A stretch of DNA of 64,000 nucleotides from a virus. The position numbers and the translations under genes are program-made. Below the pieces are notes generated by a model that saw only the letters and a program-made list of their open reading frames with translations, ran no database searches and was not told where the DNA came from. Positions 18,645 through 27,825 of this stretch are shown here, in pieces. The stretch covers positions 5,629-69,628 of IMG/VR virus record IMGVR_UViG_3300010392_000400; one strand, 5' to 3'. The first letter of the stretch is position 1. Every line of letters starts with the position of its first letter.

Positions 18645-19009
18645 TAAATGATAGGGCCTTTACCTTCCGGGAATGGGGGGAGATGCAATTCTTCCAAGGA
18701 AATTCCTTAGAAGAGTTTGACTTTGAGTTCCAGCCCAAACTACTCCGGGTAAAGCCTGGACAGTCCCTCAGTCTTCAGCGCCATGCCAGCAGGGCAGAGT
18801 TCTGGGTTTGCCTAAAGGGGGAGGGGTTAGTTGCCTGGGGGTGGCAACGAGATAACCTCCACACAAAGGACCTCTCTCCGGGAGAGACAACTGAAATTCT
18901 TCCAGAGATGTGGCACAAGCTCATCAACGTGTCTTCTACGGAAGGGCTCGTTATCTTTGAACTCCAGTATGGAACGGAGTGTAACGAAGAAGACATAGAA
19001 AGGGTCTAA
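18641..19009 (+). CDS. Mannose-6-phosphate isomerase type II C-terminal cupin
   Basis: REWG, VKPGQSLSLQRHASRAEFW, WHKLIN, ELQYGTECNEEDIER. Confidence 0.88.
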   Translation: MINDRAFTFREWGEMQFFQGNSLEEFDFEFQPKLLRVKPGQSLSLQRHASRAEFWVCLKGEGLVAWGWQRDNLHTKDLSPGETTEILPEMWHKLINVSSTEGLVIFELQYGTECNEEDIERV

Positions 19010-19036
19010 AGGAATTCCCTAGAAGGGTCTTCCTTA

Positions 19037-19119
19037 GGGCGTGTAGCCAGTTCAGGTTTCTACCCTGTTATCTGTAATCGGAGCTGAAAATGAGGGTTCG
19101 AGTCCTTCCACGTCTACCA
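19037..19119 (+). tRNA. Atypical/pseudo tRNA with G3.U70 and A73 (Ala-like acceptor), no canonical anticodon arm
   Basis: GGGCGTG/CACGTCT-A-CCA, T arm GAGGG-TTCGAGT-CCTTC, U8A9. Confidence 0.6.
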
Positions 19120-19121
19120 CC

Positions 19122-19150
19122 TTGACATCCCCCTAGGGATATGGTAAGGA
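19122..19150 (+). promoter_or_regulatory. Sigma70-type promoter upstream of replication genes
   Basis: TTGACA-N17(..TATGG)-TAAGGA. Confidence 0.55.
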
Positions 19151-19471
19151 GTACCTATGAAAGTCTTAGTACTATTTTTGTTCATCCTTGTCATCCTAGG
19201 AGCCATGAGTCTTGTCTCGTAAAATTACCAACGATTCTTTTCGTAGTACCCCTACCCACGTCATTCTGTCCCTCGCTTTATCTATGGAACGCAGGTACGA
19301 ATCAGTCCTAGCTAAACGAGGTGTAACACGACAAGTCAACGTCCTCTTCTACCTGTGTTCGGTGCTATGGAAAGTCATAGAACTCAAAGAGAAACGAAGA
19401 CTTACGAAGAACAAGGACAAGGAGTTGTACTCGCAGTACCTATTATACATCACGAACCTTTAGGAGTCCTT

Positions 19472-19606
19472 ATGGATATCTATGAAATATCTATCTTCGT
19501 CTGTTTCCTATTCTTACTCCTAGGGTACGGAGTAGACACTAGGTTTTTCGTCGTACCTATCTTTTTACTACTGTGGATGGTTGGAACACTACACGGTATC
19601 AATTAA
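19472..19606 (+). CDS. Small membrane protein, 44 aa
   Basis: AGGAG RBS before ATG 19472; two hydrophobic stretches. Confidence 0.5.
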   Translation: MDIYEISIFVCFLFLLLGYGVDTRFFVVPIFLLLWMVGTLHGIN

Positions 19607-19644
19607 GGAAATACTCAGATACCAAGCTAACTAAAGGAATACCT

Positions 19645-21426
19645 ATGGAAAAATCCTACGGGCGCACCGTAGAACAGCACCTTCCCTGTTGGGACTGTGA
19701 TTCTTCGGATGCCGCTGCCATATATCAAGACGCTAAAGACCCCTCTCGGTACTACGGCAAATGTTACAGCAACGATTGTACTAAACAATTCACAGAAGAA
19801 GAGGCCCTCAAATACGTCGAAGACGTCAAGGGAACCAGGGTATCCGCACCCAAGGTTAATTCCTCTATTGCGGATGAACTACCTGAGTTCAAGAAACCCC
19901 CAGCCCCTATCAGAGGAATCCCTACAGACGTCCTCTCTCGGTACAAAGTAGATTGGTTCAAGAAGGACGACGGCTCCCTCGTAGCTCACAACTATCGCTA
20001 CGGTACTAAGACCGACAAGGGGTGGGAGTATACGTGCATCAAGCACAGGTACGCTAACAAGGAGTTCCGTTGGACCAAGCTAACTCAGGAATCTCCTAGA
20101 GAAGCTGGGTTCTTTGGCCAAGGGTGTTCCTTTGAACCTTCGAAGTCTGTGATGATTACCGAGGGTGAGATCGACGCCATGAGTGCGTACCATCTGCTAG
20201 ATCATAAGATGCCCGTGGTGTCCTTAAAGAACGGTGCTGGGGACGTAAGGGTTAACGAGTCCCAGAAAGAATTCCTGGACAAGTTCGAGTTAATCTACCT
20301 GTGCTTTGACATGGACGACAACGGAGAGACGGCTGCTAAGAGATTCTCTCAAGCGTTTCCCCCGTCCAAAATACGTGTAGTCCACTTAGAAGGGGTTAAG
20401 GACGCTAACCAAGCCCTCCTTCACGGACGACGTAAGCAGTTCAACATGTCCGTTGCCATGTCCACCTCTGTGATCCGAGAAGGGTTCATCCTAGGTAAGG
20501 ACACGAAGAAGTATCTCTTTGAAGAGCCTGAGAAACTCCACGAGTACCCGTGGAAAGGTCTCAACGACATGTGCTACGGCATCTCCGATGCTGGGGAACT
20601 CATCGTGCTTCTCTCTGGTTCTGGCTCTGGCAAGACGACGATCCTAAAGACACTAGCTCTGCATTACTTCCACACTACTCCGTGGACTATCGGCACTATG
20701 TTCTTCGAGGAGAACGCCAAGAAGAAAACAATCAGGCTCATGTGTGGTATGCACATAGGAAAGAACCAAGCTCTGCCTGACATACGGGAAGAGACGACAG
20801 ACGAAGAAATCGGGGAAGCTTGGGACGCTGTCTTTGACAACGACAGGTGGGTTATCAAGGACAAGTGGGGTTCCGAGGACACCAGCGCTATCATCGACAC
20901 CATCAGGTACATGGTAGTGAACTTCGGAGTTAAGCTCATTCTCCTCGACCACCTTAGTATCATCTTTTCAGGGTCCACAGACGCTAACGAGCGTAAGGCT
21001 ATTGACAAGCTCATGACGGACCTTAGAACCCTCATAGATGAACTAGAGTTCTCTGTAGTAGCTGTGTGCCATCTTACCAAGAAGAACGACGGACTAGGCC
21101 ACGAAGAAGGAGCCCGAGTAGGTCTTAAAGATGCTCGGGGTGCTGGGTCTATCTACCAACTAGCAGACACAGTCCTAGGGGCAGAGAGAAACCAGCAAGA
21201 TGAGAGCAAAGCCCACAGGCTCCTAATTCTCCTCAGGGTTCTGAAGAGCCGTACTTCGGGAGAAACCGGGCCAGCAACCCGGCTCGGGTGGAACAAGGCC
21301 AAGGGGCTCTTAAGGGAAATATCTGAGGACGATTTCAAGACCTTGAACGGAATCCCAGACCCCATAGAACAGATTATGTTTGTAGAAGGAGACTACGATG
21401 ACCAAGGAAATGCTGAAAACGGGTGA
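19645..21426 (+). CDS. T7 gp4-like primase-helicase
   Basis: Zn finger CWDC..CYSNDC, TOPRIM ITEGEIDAMS and FDMD, KDAN, Walker A SGSGSGKTT, LDHLS, RGAGSIYQLAD. Confidence 0.95.
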   Translation: MEKSYGRTVEQHLPCWDCDSSDAAAIYQDAKDPSRYYGKCYSNDCTKQFTEEEALKYVEDVKGTRVSAPKVNSSIADELPEFKKPPAPIRGIPTDVLSRYKVDWFKKDDGSLVAHNYRYGTKTDKGWEYTCIKHRYANKEFRWTKLTQESPREAGFFGQGCSFEPSKSVMITEGEIDAMSAYHLLDHKMPVVSLKNGAGDVRVNESQKEFLDKFELIYLCFDMDDNGETAAKRFSQAFPPSKIRVVHLEGVKDANQALLHGRRKQFNMSVAMSTSVIREGFILGKDTKKYLFEEPEKLHEYPWKGLNDMCYGISDAGELIVLLSGSGSGKTTILKTLALHYFHTTPWTIGTMFFEENAKKKTIRLMCGMHIGKNQALPDIREETTDEEIGEAWDAVFDNDRWVIKDKWGSEDTSAIIDTIRYMVVNFGVKLILLDHLSIIFSGSTDANERKAIDKLMTDLRTLIDELEFSVVAVCHLTKKNDGLGHEEGARVGLKDARGAGSIYQLADTVLGAERNQQDESKAHRLLILLRVLKSRTSGETGPATRLGWNKAKGLLREISEDDFKTLNGIPDPIEQIMFVEGDYDDQGNAENG

Positions 21427-21685
21427 AGTCTTTGACTGGAGTTTCTACGAAAAGGTTGGAGACCTATGTAAAGTGCAGTATGATGACGAGGTTCCTTTGC
21501 TCCTTTGGGTATCTGAGTCTGACGGTAAGTACTTTCTAATGAGTACCCAACCTTCTATGGGCTGGCCTTGGACTCCCGCTGATTATACTAAGAAAAAACC
21601 ACACCTAATTCGCGTTGCCAGAGAAGACGAAGTATTTAATGCTAAGAACAGAGAAAAAATTCCGTACTGTTGGAGGTATTCCTAA
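21398..21685 (+). CDS. Hypothetical protein
   Basis: AAGGAG RBS; fills the gap between helicase and polymerase. Confidence 0.6.
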   Translation: MTKEMLKTGEVFDWSFYEKVGDLCKVQYDDEVPLLLWVSESDGKYFLMSTQPSMGWPWTPADYTKKKPHLIRVAREDEVFNAKNREKIPYCWRYS

Positions 21686-21687
21686 GT

Positions 21688-23553
21688 ATGGCTAAGACAG
21701 CAATCGTTGACGTAGAGACCGATGGCCTCGACTACACGAAGATTCACTGTGCTGTTGCCTACGTTATCGAAGAAGAGAAGTACTTCGTATTTCTTCCTAG
21801 GAAGTTTCGCCCTAGTGAGATACCCAAGAGGTTCAAAAAGGATAACATAGAACTCCTATACGTACGAGACATCGAAGACTGGGGCTCAGGTGTAAGCCGT
21901 TGGATTATGCACAACGGTATAGCCTTTGACCGCAAGGTGTTCAAGAAAGTCCTGGGATTCGAGATACCCTTGTCCAAGATGTTTGATACCCTAGTGTTTT
22001 CTAGGCTTGTTTCTATAGAACGCGCTAGACATTCTGTAGATTCCTACGGCAAACAGTTCAACCTCCTTAAGCCTGAACATGAACAATGGGATGTCTTTTC
22101 GTGGTCTATGCTAGACAGGTGCCTCAGGGACGTAGACATCCAAATGAAAATCTACGGGTACCTAAACTTCAAACTCCAAAGAGGCGGAGGAACTTATGAG
22201 CCTTTGTGGCTGGAGCAAGCCGCCCAAGAACTCATGCTACGGCAGACAGAGAACGGGTTTTACCTAGACCTACCTAAGGCTCAAGCTCTTAGAGACGAAC
22301 TTGCTACGGAACACACACGGCTTACGAGTACAATCCTTAAGGTATTTCCTCCAAAAGCCAAGAAGCTAGGGGACGCAACTCCAAGAAGGAAGAACGACGA
22401 CACCTGGTACTCAGTAGACCTCCGGTGGGTCCAAGGATTCTGTGACTACTTAGGAGGGTATGAGGACCCAACGGAAGTCCTCGGTGGTCCTTACTCCAAA
22501 GTCGAGTTTAGGGAGTTTAACCTTAATAGCGCCCCACAGCGCGTAGAACGCCTGCAGGACGTGGGTTGGGAGCCCATTGAGTTCACCCCAGTAGGGAACC
22601 CTAGGTTCACAGAGGAGTCTGTGAGGCTCTCTGGGGACAAACTACCAAAGGAAGTTCAACTCCTTGGAACGTATCTTATGGTACAAAGCCGACTAGCCAC
22701 CGTGGAGTCCTGGCTCAAGCTAAGGGATGCTAACGGGTACGTCCACGGCAAGATCATAACCCTTGGTGCTAGAACGCACAGGATGTCCCACAATAATCCT
22801 AACATGGGAAATATTCCTAAGCCAAAGAAGGACAAGGAAAAGATTCCTATCAAAGGCCTCAAAGGGCGCTACGGGTATGAGTGCCGAGAGTGCTGGAGGG
22901 TGGACCCCAAGCATAAGGACAATGTTCTCCTTGGGTGCGACGCCTCTGGAATTCAACTTAGGGCCTTGGCCCACTACGCTAACAACCCTGAGTACATAAG
23001 GGAAGTATGTGAAGGTGATATCCATAGTGTTCACGCAGATATCTTAGGGTGTGACAGAGATACTTCGAAAACTTTCATCTATGCGTGGCTTCTAAATGCT
23101 GGTCACGCTAAGCTAGGCGCTATCCTTGGTGGTACGAGGAAAGACGGTAAAGACGCCAACAAGAGGTTCATTGGACGTATGCCGTTCCTAGGGACGGTAA
23201 AGAAGACCTTTGAAGACTACGGAGAGACCTCAGACTACAGGGCTCTCGACGGGCGACGCATCTATATTCCCAGTGCTCACCTTGCTTTGTCCACAGGGCT
23301 CCAATCCTTTGAGTCCATAATAATGAAATGGGTGATGCGAGCGTACCACTTGAAGTTTAAGAACGAAGACATTACCTTCTGGCAACGGAACATGGTACAC
23401 GACGAGTTCCAGATAGAAATACCAGAGGAGTACGCAACCTACGCGGGAGAAGCTCTCAAGGAACTCTTCGCTAAAGCGGGACAGGCCCTTGGGTCTAGGT
23501 GCCCTCTGGATGGGGACTACAAGATAGGGAAAGCGTGGAGCGACACACATTGA
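21688..23553 (+). CDS. Family A DNA polymerase with 3'-5' exonuclease (T7 gp5-like)
   Basis: ExoI DVETDG, HNGIAFD, motif A DASGIQLR, motif B RDTSKTFIY, motif C VHDEFQ, WSDTH end. Confidence 0.95.
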   Translation: MAKTAIVDVETDGLDYTKIHCAVAYVIEEEKYFVFLPRKFRPSEIPKRFKKDNIELLYVRDIEDWGSGVSRWIMHNGIAFDRKVFKKVLGFEIPLSKMFDTLVFSRLVSIERARHSVDSYGKQFNLLKPEHEQWDVFSWSMLDRCLRDVDIQMKIYGYLNFKLQRGGGTYEPLWLEQAAQELMLRQTENGFYLDLPKAQALRDELATEHTRLTSTILKVFPPKAKKLGDATPRRKNDDTWYSVDLRWVQGFCDYLGGYEDPTEVLGGPYSKVEFREFNLNSAPQRVERLQDVGWEPIEFTPVGNPRFTEESVRLSGDKLPKEVQLLGTYLMVQSRLATVESWLKLRDANGYVHGKIITLGARTHRMSHNNPNMGNIPKPKKDKEKIPIKGLKGRYGYECRECWRVDPKHKDNVLLGCDASGIQLRALAHYANNPEYIREVCEGDIHSVHADILGCDRDTSKTFIYAWLLNAGHAKLGAILGGTRKDGKDANKRFIGRMPFLGTVKKTFEDYGETSDYRALDGRRIYIPSAHLALSTGLQSFESIIMKWVMRAYHLKFKNEDITFWQRNMVHDEFQIEIPEEYATYAGEALKELFAKAGQALGSRCPLDGDYKIGKAWSDTH

Positions 23554-23643
23554 CCTAGGCAAACCTTGGGTTTTCCTTGTAACTTGCCCCTAAGGACCTA
23601 GGGCGGTACAATACCTCTAGGGGTGGTTGGAGGCCCCTAGCCT

Positions 23644-23970
23644 ATGCTTAAGGTGAAGATACAAAACGGAGGGTACATCGTGGAAGGACTTTCTCAAGAG
23701 CACGTCAATGCACTTAGTTACGCACTAGAGACTGCTTCAGAAACAGGTGATTTCTACGACGGTACAATGCACTTTGAACTAGAGAAGTTCTTCGGAGACC
23801 TTTACTCCGGGGAAGTTACCGAGGAGGAGGAGGAGGGGGACGAACTGTACTCTAACCTCTTGACAACTACTTCAGTACGTGCTATGGATGAACAAGATGT
23901 CGTCATTGATTTCACAGAGGCCTTTGAAAAAGACAGAGCCGCTCACTGGGAAACTGAGGACGACTACTAA
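23644..23970 (+). CDS. Acidic hypothetical protein
   Basis: GGAGG RBS, 108 aa, very D/E-rich. Confidence 0.65.
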   Translation: MLKVKIQNGGYIVEGLSQEHVNALSYALETASETGDFYDGTMHFELEKFFGDLYSGEVTEEEEEGDELYSNLLTTTSVRAMDEQDVVIDFTEAFEKDRAAHWETEDDY

Positions 23971-24133
23971 GACCCAAGTATAACCTTGGGCAAACTTAAG
24001 GGAACTGTCCCTTCAAAAGGTAAAGGAGAGCCCAGTTATACGATGAGTTCTCGGGTATACACCGAGTTCCCGTTTAAACACTGAGCACTCCTTCAACCAG
24101 ACCTAGATACACCTAGGTCAAACCAAAAGGAGT

Positions 24134-24628
24134 ATGACATTGTCTGATACACAATGGAATCAATCCCGTGGCGTTGCGTACTTCGCCAAACTTAACTACG
24201 AAAACCCCGATAAAGGTTACGAGGGTAATCGTCCGAATCTTCAGCTGTGCTTTGTTCCTGATGACCCCAAGGAATTTACCAAAGAGGGTCTGGAGCTCAA
24301 AGATGCTACTGAGAAGATTCCTGAGAAACACGTAAAGATTACCACGAAGTTTGTGGAGCGTCCTCTACGTGTCGTAGATGCCAAAGGCAATAGCCTTCCA
24401 CACACTTTCATAGTAGGAAATGGGTCCGTTGTAAATGTACAGTGGTCGCCTAACGACTATGGCCGTGGTGTCAGTGCTATGCTTAACGGAGTTCAGATCA
24501 TCGAACTTGTTGAGTTTGAGCCTGATGACAGTGCTTCGTTTTCCGAGGCGGAAGGTTTTGAGTACAACCCCGCTAGCGACGCCTCCTCTGCTAGCGATGA
24601 AAGTGCCAGAGCCAACGACGGCCTCTAG
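24134..24628 (+). CDS. ssDNA-binding protein (T7 gp2.5-like)
   Basis: RGVAYFAKL, VVDAKGN..IVGNGSVVNV, LNGVQIIELVEF, acidic tail. Confidence 0.8.
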   Translation: MTLSDTQWNQSRGVAYFAKLNYENPDKGYEGNRPNLQLCFVPDDPKEFTKEGLELKDATEKIPEKHVKITTKFVERPLRVVDAKGNSLPHTFIVGNGSVVNVQWSPNDYGRGVSAMLNGVQIIELVEFEPDDSASFSEAEGFEYNPASDASSASDESARANDGL

Positions 24629-24635
24629 CACTTCT

Positions 24636-24668
24636 CCTTGGGGGGCCACGCGCCCTGGCCCCCCAAGG
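24636..24668 (+). terminator. Strong 13-bp hairpin after ssb (terminator or processing/stability stem)
   Basis: ccttggggggcca-cgcgccc-tggccccccaagg; no U-tract. Confidence 0.55.
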
Positions 24669-24686
24669 CTTACAAAGGAACATACT

Positions 24687-24920
24687 ATAGAACGTATTAT
24701 AGAAATCACAGTAGCAGTAGTAGTCGCCTTAGGTCTAGGAATCTTTGTCCTTACGCCCTTGGCGATGCTTCTAGGTGGTGTATCAGCCATGTTTTCCCTC
24801 GGACTCCTTATGGGGTTCGACGGCTTGTTTGGCTTTACCAATTTCCAAGTGGGGGCACTCCTTGGGTTCATAGCGTCGATCTTAGGCACGAATAACCTGA
24901 GAGACACGGTGATAGAATAG
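24687..24920 (+). CDS. Membrane protein with apparent ATA start
   Basis: AAAGGA RBS then ATA GAA CGT; hydrophobic 77 aa. Confidence 0.45.
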   Translation: MERIIEITVAVVVALGLGIFVLTPLAMLLGGVSAMFSLGLLMGFDGLFGFTNFQVGALLGFIASILGTNNLRDTVIE

Positions 24921-24932
24921 AAAGGACGTAAC

Positions 24933-25061
24933 ATGGAAAAAGTTACTGAATTCTTTGGTAAAATAAAGAACGGCTGGAACGGTCTACATCTTTTTATCAA
25001 GTGTGGCATCGTAGCCGTAGCACTTCTCATTGCGTTCCAAGCAATAGTCAACTTGTTCTAA
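24933..25061 (+). CDS. Small membrane protein, 42 aa (not in ORF track)
   Basis: AAAGGA RBS; MEKVTEFFGK...IVAVALLIAFQAIVNLF. Confidence 0.6.
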   Translation: MEKVTEFFGKIKNGWNGLHLFIKCGIVAVALLIAFQAIVNLF

Positions 25062-25071
25062 GGAGTACTAA

Positions 25072-25935
25072 GTGACCCTTAAGAAAAACTTGGGAACTCT
25101 TCTCCCTGATATCCACAGGATATTTGAAGGACCCCACGAAGTTAGCGAAGAAAACCTTGACCTCTTGGCCGAGAACGTCAAGGAAACAATACGTAGAGCC
25201 GTGCAGGAAGCCGGTGTCCCACGCGACTCTACGCTGAGAATGTCCGTACTGGGCACTCCCAACCGCAAACTGTGGTACTCCATGAAATATCCCAAGGAAG
25301 CCGAAGAGTCTTTGGCTGCACAGCAGCACATTAACTTTTGCTATGGGCATATCATAGAAGAGTTCCTCCTTTTCTTAGTCCGCGAGGCAGGACACGAGGT
25401 TGCTAACGAACAAAAGGAAGTCGAAGTCAACGGTGTCGTAGGGCACATTGACTGCGAAATTGACGGAGTCCCCGTAGATGTCAAGAGTGCGTCTGAGTGG
25501 GGTTTCAAGAAATTCAAAGATGGCAACCTACTCCGAGGGGACGATCCTTATGGGTACGTACACCAGATATCCGGGTACACAAATGCCCTTGGGAAGAACG
25601 AAGGCGCGTTCGTTGTAATGAACAAGAACCGAGGGGAGCTATGCGTCTTGGAGGTTCCTTCGTTCTTTATCGAAGACACGCCCAAGCGTATCGACGAAAT
25701 CCGAGACGTCCTAGACAAAGAAGAAGTTCCTCCACGGTGTTACGACGACCAACCCTTTGGGAAAGCTGGTAACCGAGAGCTAGTTATGTCGTGTGTGTTC
25801 TGCCCCTTCAAGTTCAAGTGTTGGCCTGAGACAAGGGTCTTCAGGTACTCAGATAAAGACAGGTTCCTCACCACGGTGGTGTCGAAGCCTAAGGTAGACG
25901 AAGTTACTCAAGGGTACAAGGACGAGCTAACATGA
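25072..25935 (+). CDS. PD-(D/E)XK (Cas4-like) exonuclease
   Basis: LRMSVLG..RKLWY, YGHIIE, GHIDCEIDG..DVKSAS, QISGY, CVFCPFKFKCW. Confidence 0.88.
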   Translation: MTLKKNLGTLLPDIHRIFEGPHEVSEENLDLLAENVKETIRRAVQEAGVPRDSTLRMSVLGTPNRKLWYSMKYPKEAEESLAAQQHINFCYGHIIEEFLLFLVREAGHEVANEQKEVEVNGVVGHIDCEIDGVPVDVKSASEWGFKKFKDGNLLRGDDPYGYVHQISGYTNALGKNEGAFVVMNKNRGELCVLEVPSFFIEDTPKRIDEIRDVLDKEEVPPRCYDDQPFGKAGNRELVMSCVFCPFKFKCWPETRVFRYSDKDRFLTTVVSKPKVDEVTQGYKDELT

Positions 25936-26150
25936 TGGACTCACAAAGGCTAAGCAAGGTCTTAGACCAATTAAGCAAGGCTGGAAATGGTATGGGTACA
26001 AGAAACCCTGATGATTACACGTTTATGTTGACAGTTGGTGAGGCAATCGCCCTACGGGACTATATCTCTAGGCTTAAGGACAAGGAACGTATCTTAGACA
26101 GTCAAGGGAGTTCCGAGGCGGATTGGTTCTTTAATGAAATTCCAAAGTAA
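25932..26150 (+). CDS. Hypothetical protein
   Basis: Overlapping start, 72 aa. Confidence 0.55.
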   Translation: MMDSQRLSKVLDQLSKAGNGMGTRNPDDYTFMLTVGEAIALRDYISRLKDKERILDSQGSSEADWFFNEIPK

Positions 26151-26539
26151 ATTTGAAGAAGTTACCGATGGGTACAAGGATACTATGAAATGAAATGGAA
26201 AGATCGAAGAGTTATTTGTAGAGAGCATCTGTTTAAAGAAGGTGTCCCAGCGCCCTTCGCACTGTTACCTTATAGAATAGGAGATACATGGTATTGGCTT
26301 TGTACTCCTAACTATAGGCGTTACGCATATACCACAGATAGTGATGGTGGCTGGGATGCTAACCTGTATAAACACAATGAAACAGGGAAATCTTCCTATG
26401 GAGCACATTTTCCCAGTAACTTAGCTATACCTCTACTACTTCTAAGTACGGTCGTTGTTGTAATAGGAGGCTTATCTTTAGGTGGGTAAAATGCAACGTA
26501 ATTTTCTATGAAATTCCAAAGTAAATTTGAAGAAGTTAC
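26134..26539 (+). repeat. 32-bp direct repeat (26134-26165, 26508-26539) = start of endonuclease gene
   Basis: atgaaattccaaagtaaatttgaagaagttac occurs twice. Confidence 0.9.
26190..26489 (+). CDS. Hypothetical protein with C-terminal TM helix
   Basis: 99 aa, lies between the 32-bp repeats. Confidence 0.6.
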   Translation: MKWKDRRVICREHLFKEGVPAPFALLPYRIGDTWYWLCTPNYRRYAYTTDSDGGWDANLYKHNETGKSSYGAHFPSNLAIPLLLLSTVVVVIGGLSLGG

Positions 26540-26906
26540 TTACGCAGTTCTCAAAGCCTTCAAAGGCATACTCGTAGGGTACGAAACAGAGAAATTGTAC
26601 TATGCAATTCCAGCTAGGAAAGCTCAGTACACTCCTGACTTTATCCTAGAGAATAAAGCAAAGACCAAGAAGGTTTACATAGAGACTAAGGGGTACATGC
26701 GTCCTACGGACAGAGTTAAAATGCTACGGGTTAAGCGCAGTCATCCCGACTTGGATATCCGTATGATCTTCCAACGTGACAACAAGATTAAGGGAACTAA
26801 GATGAACTACTCAGATTGGGCAGTTCGTCACGGGTTTCCCTACGCCATCGGAGAAAAGGACGAGGTGATCAAGATTTGGGCTAAGGAACTACGAAAGGAA
26901 AGCTAA
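26508..26906 (+). CDS. T7 endonuclease I-like Holliday junction resolvase
   Basis: FQSKFE, YTPDF, IETKG, DRVKM..HPDLDIRMIFQ, YSDWA. Confidence 0.92.
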   Translation: MKFQSKFEEVTYAVLKAFKGILVGYETEKLYYAIPARKAQYTPDFILENKAKTKKVYIETKGYMRPTDRVKMLRVKRSHPDLDIRMIFQRDNKIKGTKMNYSDWAVRHGFPYAIGEKDEVIKIWAKELRKES

Positions 26907-27178
26907 TGAGCGGTGGTACTACAGAAGAATACGTAAAAGACTTCTTGAGCTCCTTGGTCAACAACGCCATGTGGGTTGACGTAGACGGAGAGATTACCTT
27001 TGATGTATCTGAGGATACTTGCGGCATGGTCATGTCCTTAGCGTCAGACTTTGTCTTTGGAAATCCTGAGGATCGGTTCGAAGAGATGGAGCCCATGGAG
27101 GATAACAAGTCTGTGTCCACTTCGCCCTTCGATGATGACGAGGAAGACGAAGACACTCATGAGAGTGATTTCTATTAA
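26906..27178 (+). CDS. Acidic hypothetical protein
   Basis: TAATG coupling. Confidence 0.6.
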   Translation: MSGGTTEEYVKDFLSSLVNNAMWVDVDGEITFDVSEDTCGMVMSLASDFVFGNPEDRFEEMEPMEDNKSVSTSPFDDDEEDEDTHESDFY

Positions 27179-27527
27179 AGACCAAGAGTTCTCTCTTGGT
27201 GAAATTGAGTATATCGTAGCCCACCGGGGCTTATTCCAAAGAGCCCCTATCCCTGATTACGGAAGTGCCCTAGACGAACCTTACCTGTGGAGAGCGGTGT
27301 TAGACAGGGCTCTCCTTGACTACATCAAAGGTCCAAAGGAAGTTGGAAGGGACTTTGCTAGAGTTTCAACGTGGTTGAACTATAAAGACCTAGACGAAGA
27401 AGGAGACGCTACGGGAGACTTTGGAGCTGTGTGTGCGTACGCCATAGTTGACGAGGACACAGTACGTACAATGTTTAACAAGTGTAGATACGAGGAGATA
27501 CAAGGTGATGGCAAAGGACTACATTAA
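27159..27527 (+). CDS. Conserved-looking phage hypothetical protein
   Basis: LWRAVLDRALLD..W..DFGAVC pattern; start at ATG 27159. Confidence 0.6.
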   Translation: MRVISIKDQEFSLGEIEYIVAHRGLFQRAPIPDYGSALDEPYLWRAVLDRALLDYIKGPKEVGRDFARVSTWLNYKDLDEEGDATGDFGAVCAYAIVDEDTVRTMFNKCRYEEIQGDGKGLH

Positions 27528-27729
27528 CAACAAAGGAGCTTCTAGGAAGCTCGCAGAACTCATTAACACGTACTGGAAGAAGAACGGAAAACCCTGGGTC
27601 CGCGCCTACGTAGAAGCTGAGGAGCACCCTACGGCAGACGGTGTGTACAATGAAATCTATGTTATTCGTAGTAACCTGGGGTTCAAGTGGAACAAGGGTG
27701 GCCAGTACTACTCGGCAACCAAGCTGTGA
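27508..27729 (+). CDS. Small hypothetical protein (LA..I..YW..IRSN pattern recalled from alphaproteobacteria and their phages)
   Basis: GAGGAG RBS; family assignment from memory only. Confidence 0.55.
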   Translation: MAKDYINNKGASRKLAELINTYWKKNGKPWVRAYVEAEEHPTADGVYNEIYVIRSNLGFKWNKGGQYYSATKL

Positions 27730-27825
27730 CCCTGTTTACTCTGGGGTTTCTCCTTGGGAGCGCCTTAACGCTTGTAGCTGAGTTTCTTTACATCAGGCAC
27801 TTAGTCTATAAATCTAGGTATTAGA

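Noticed and set aside
23860-23888. TTGACA-N17-TATGGA inside the 108-aa ORF
   Set aside because: Plausible ssb promoter, but intragenic with a weak -10; cannot be supported from sequence alone
23973-24005. Minus-strand GGTTATACT resembling the terL -10 box
   Set aside because: No -35 at the right spacing and no gene on that strand
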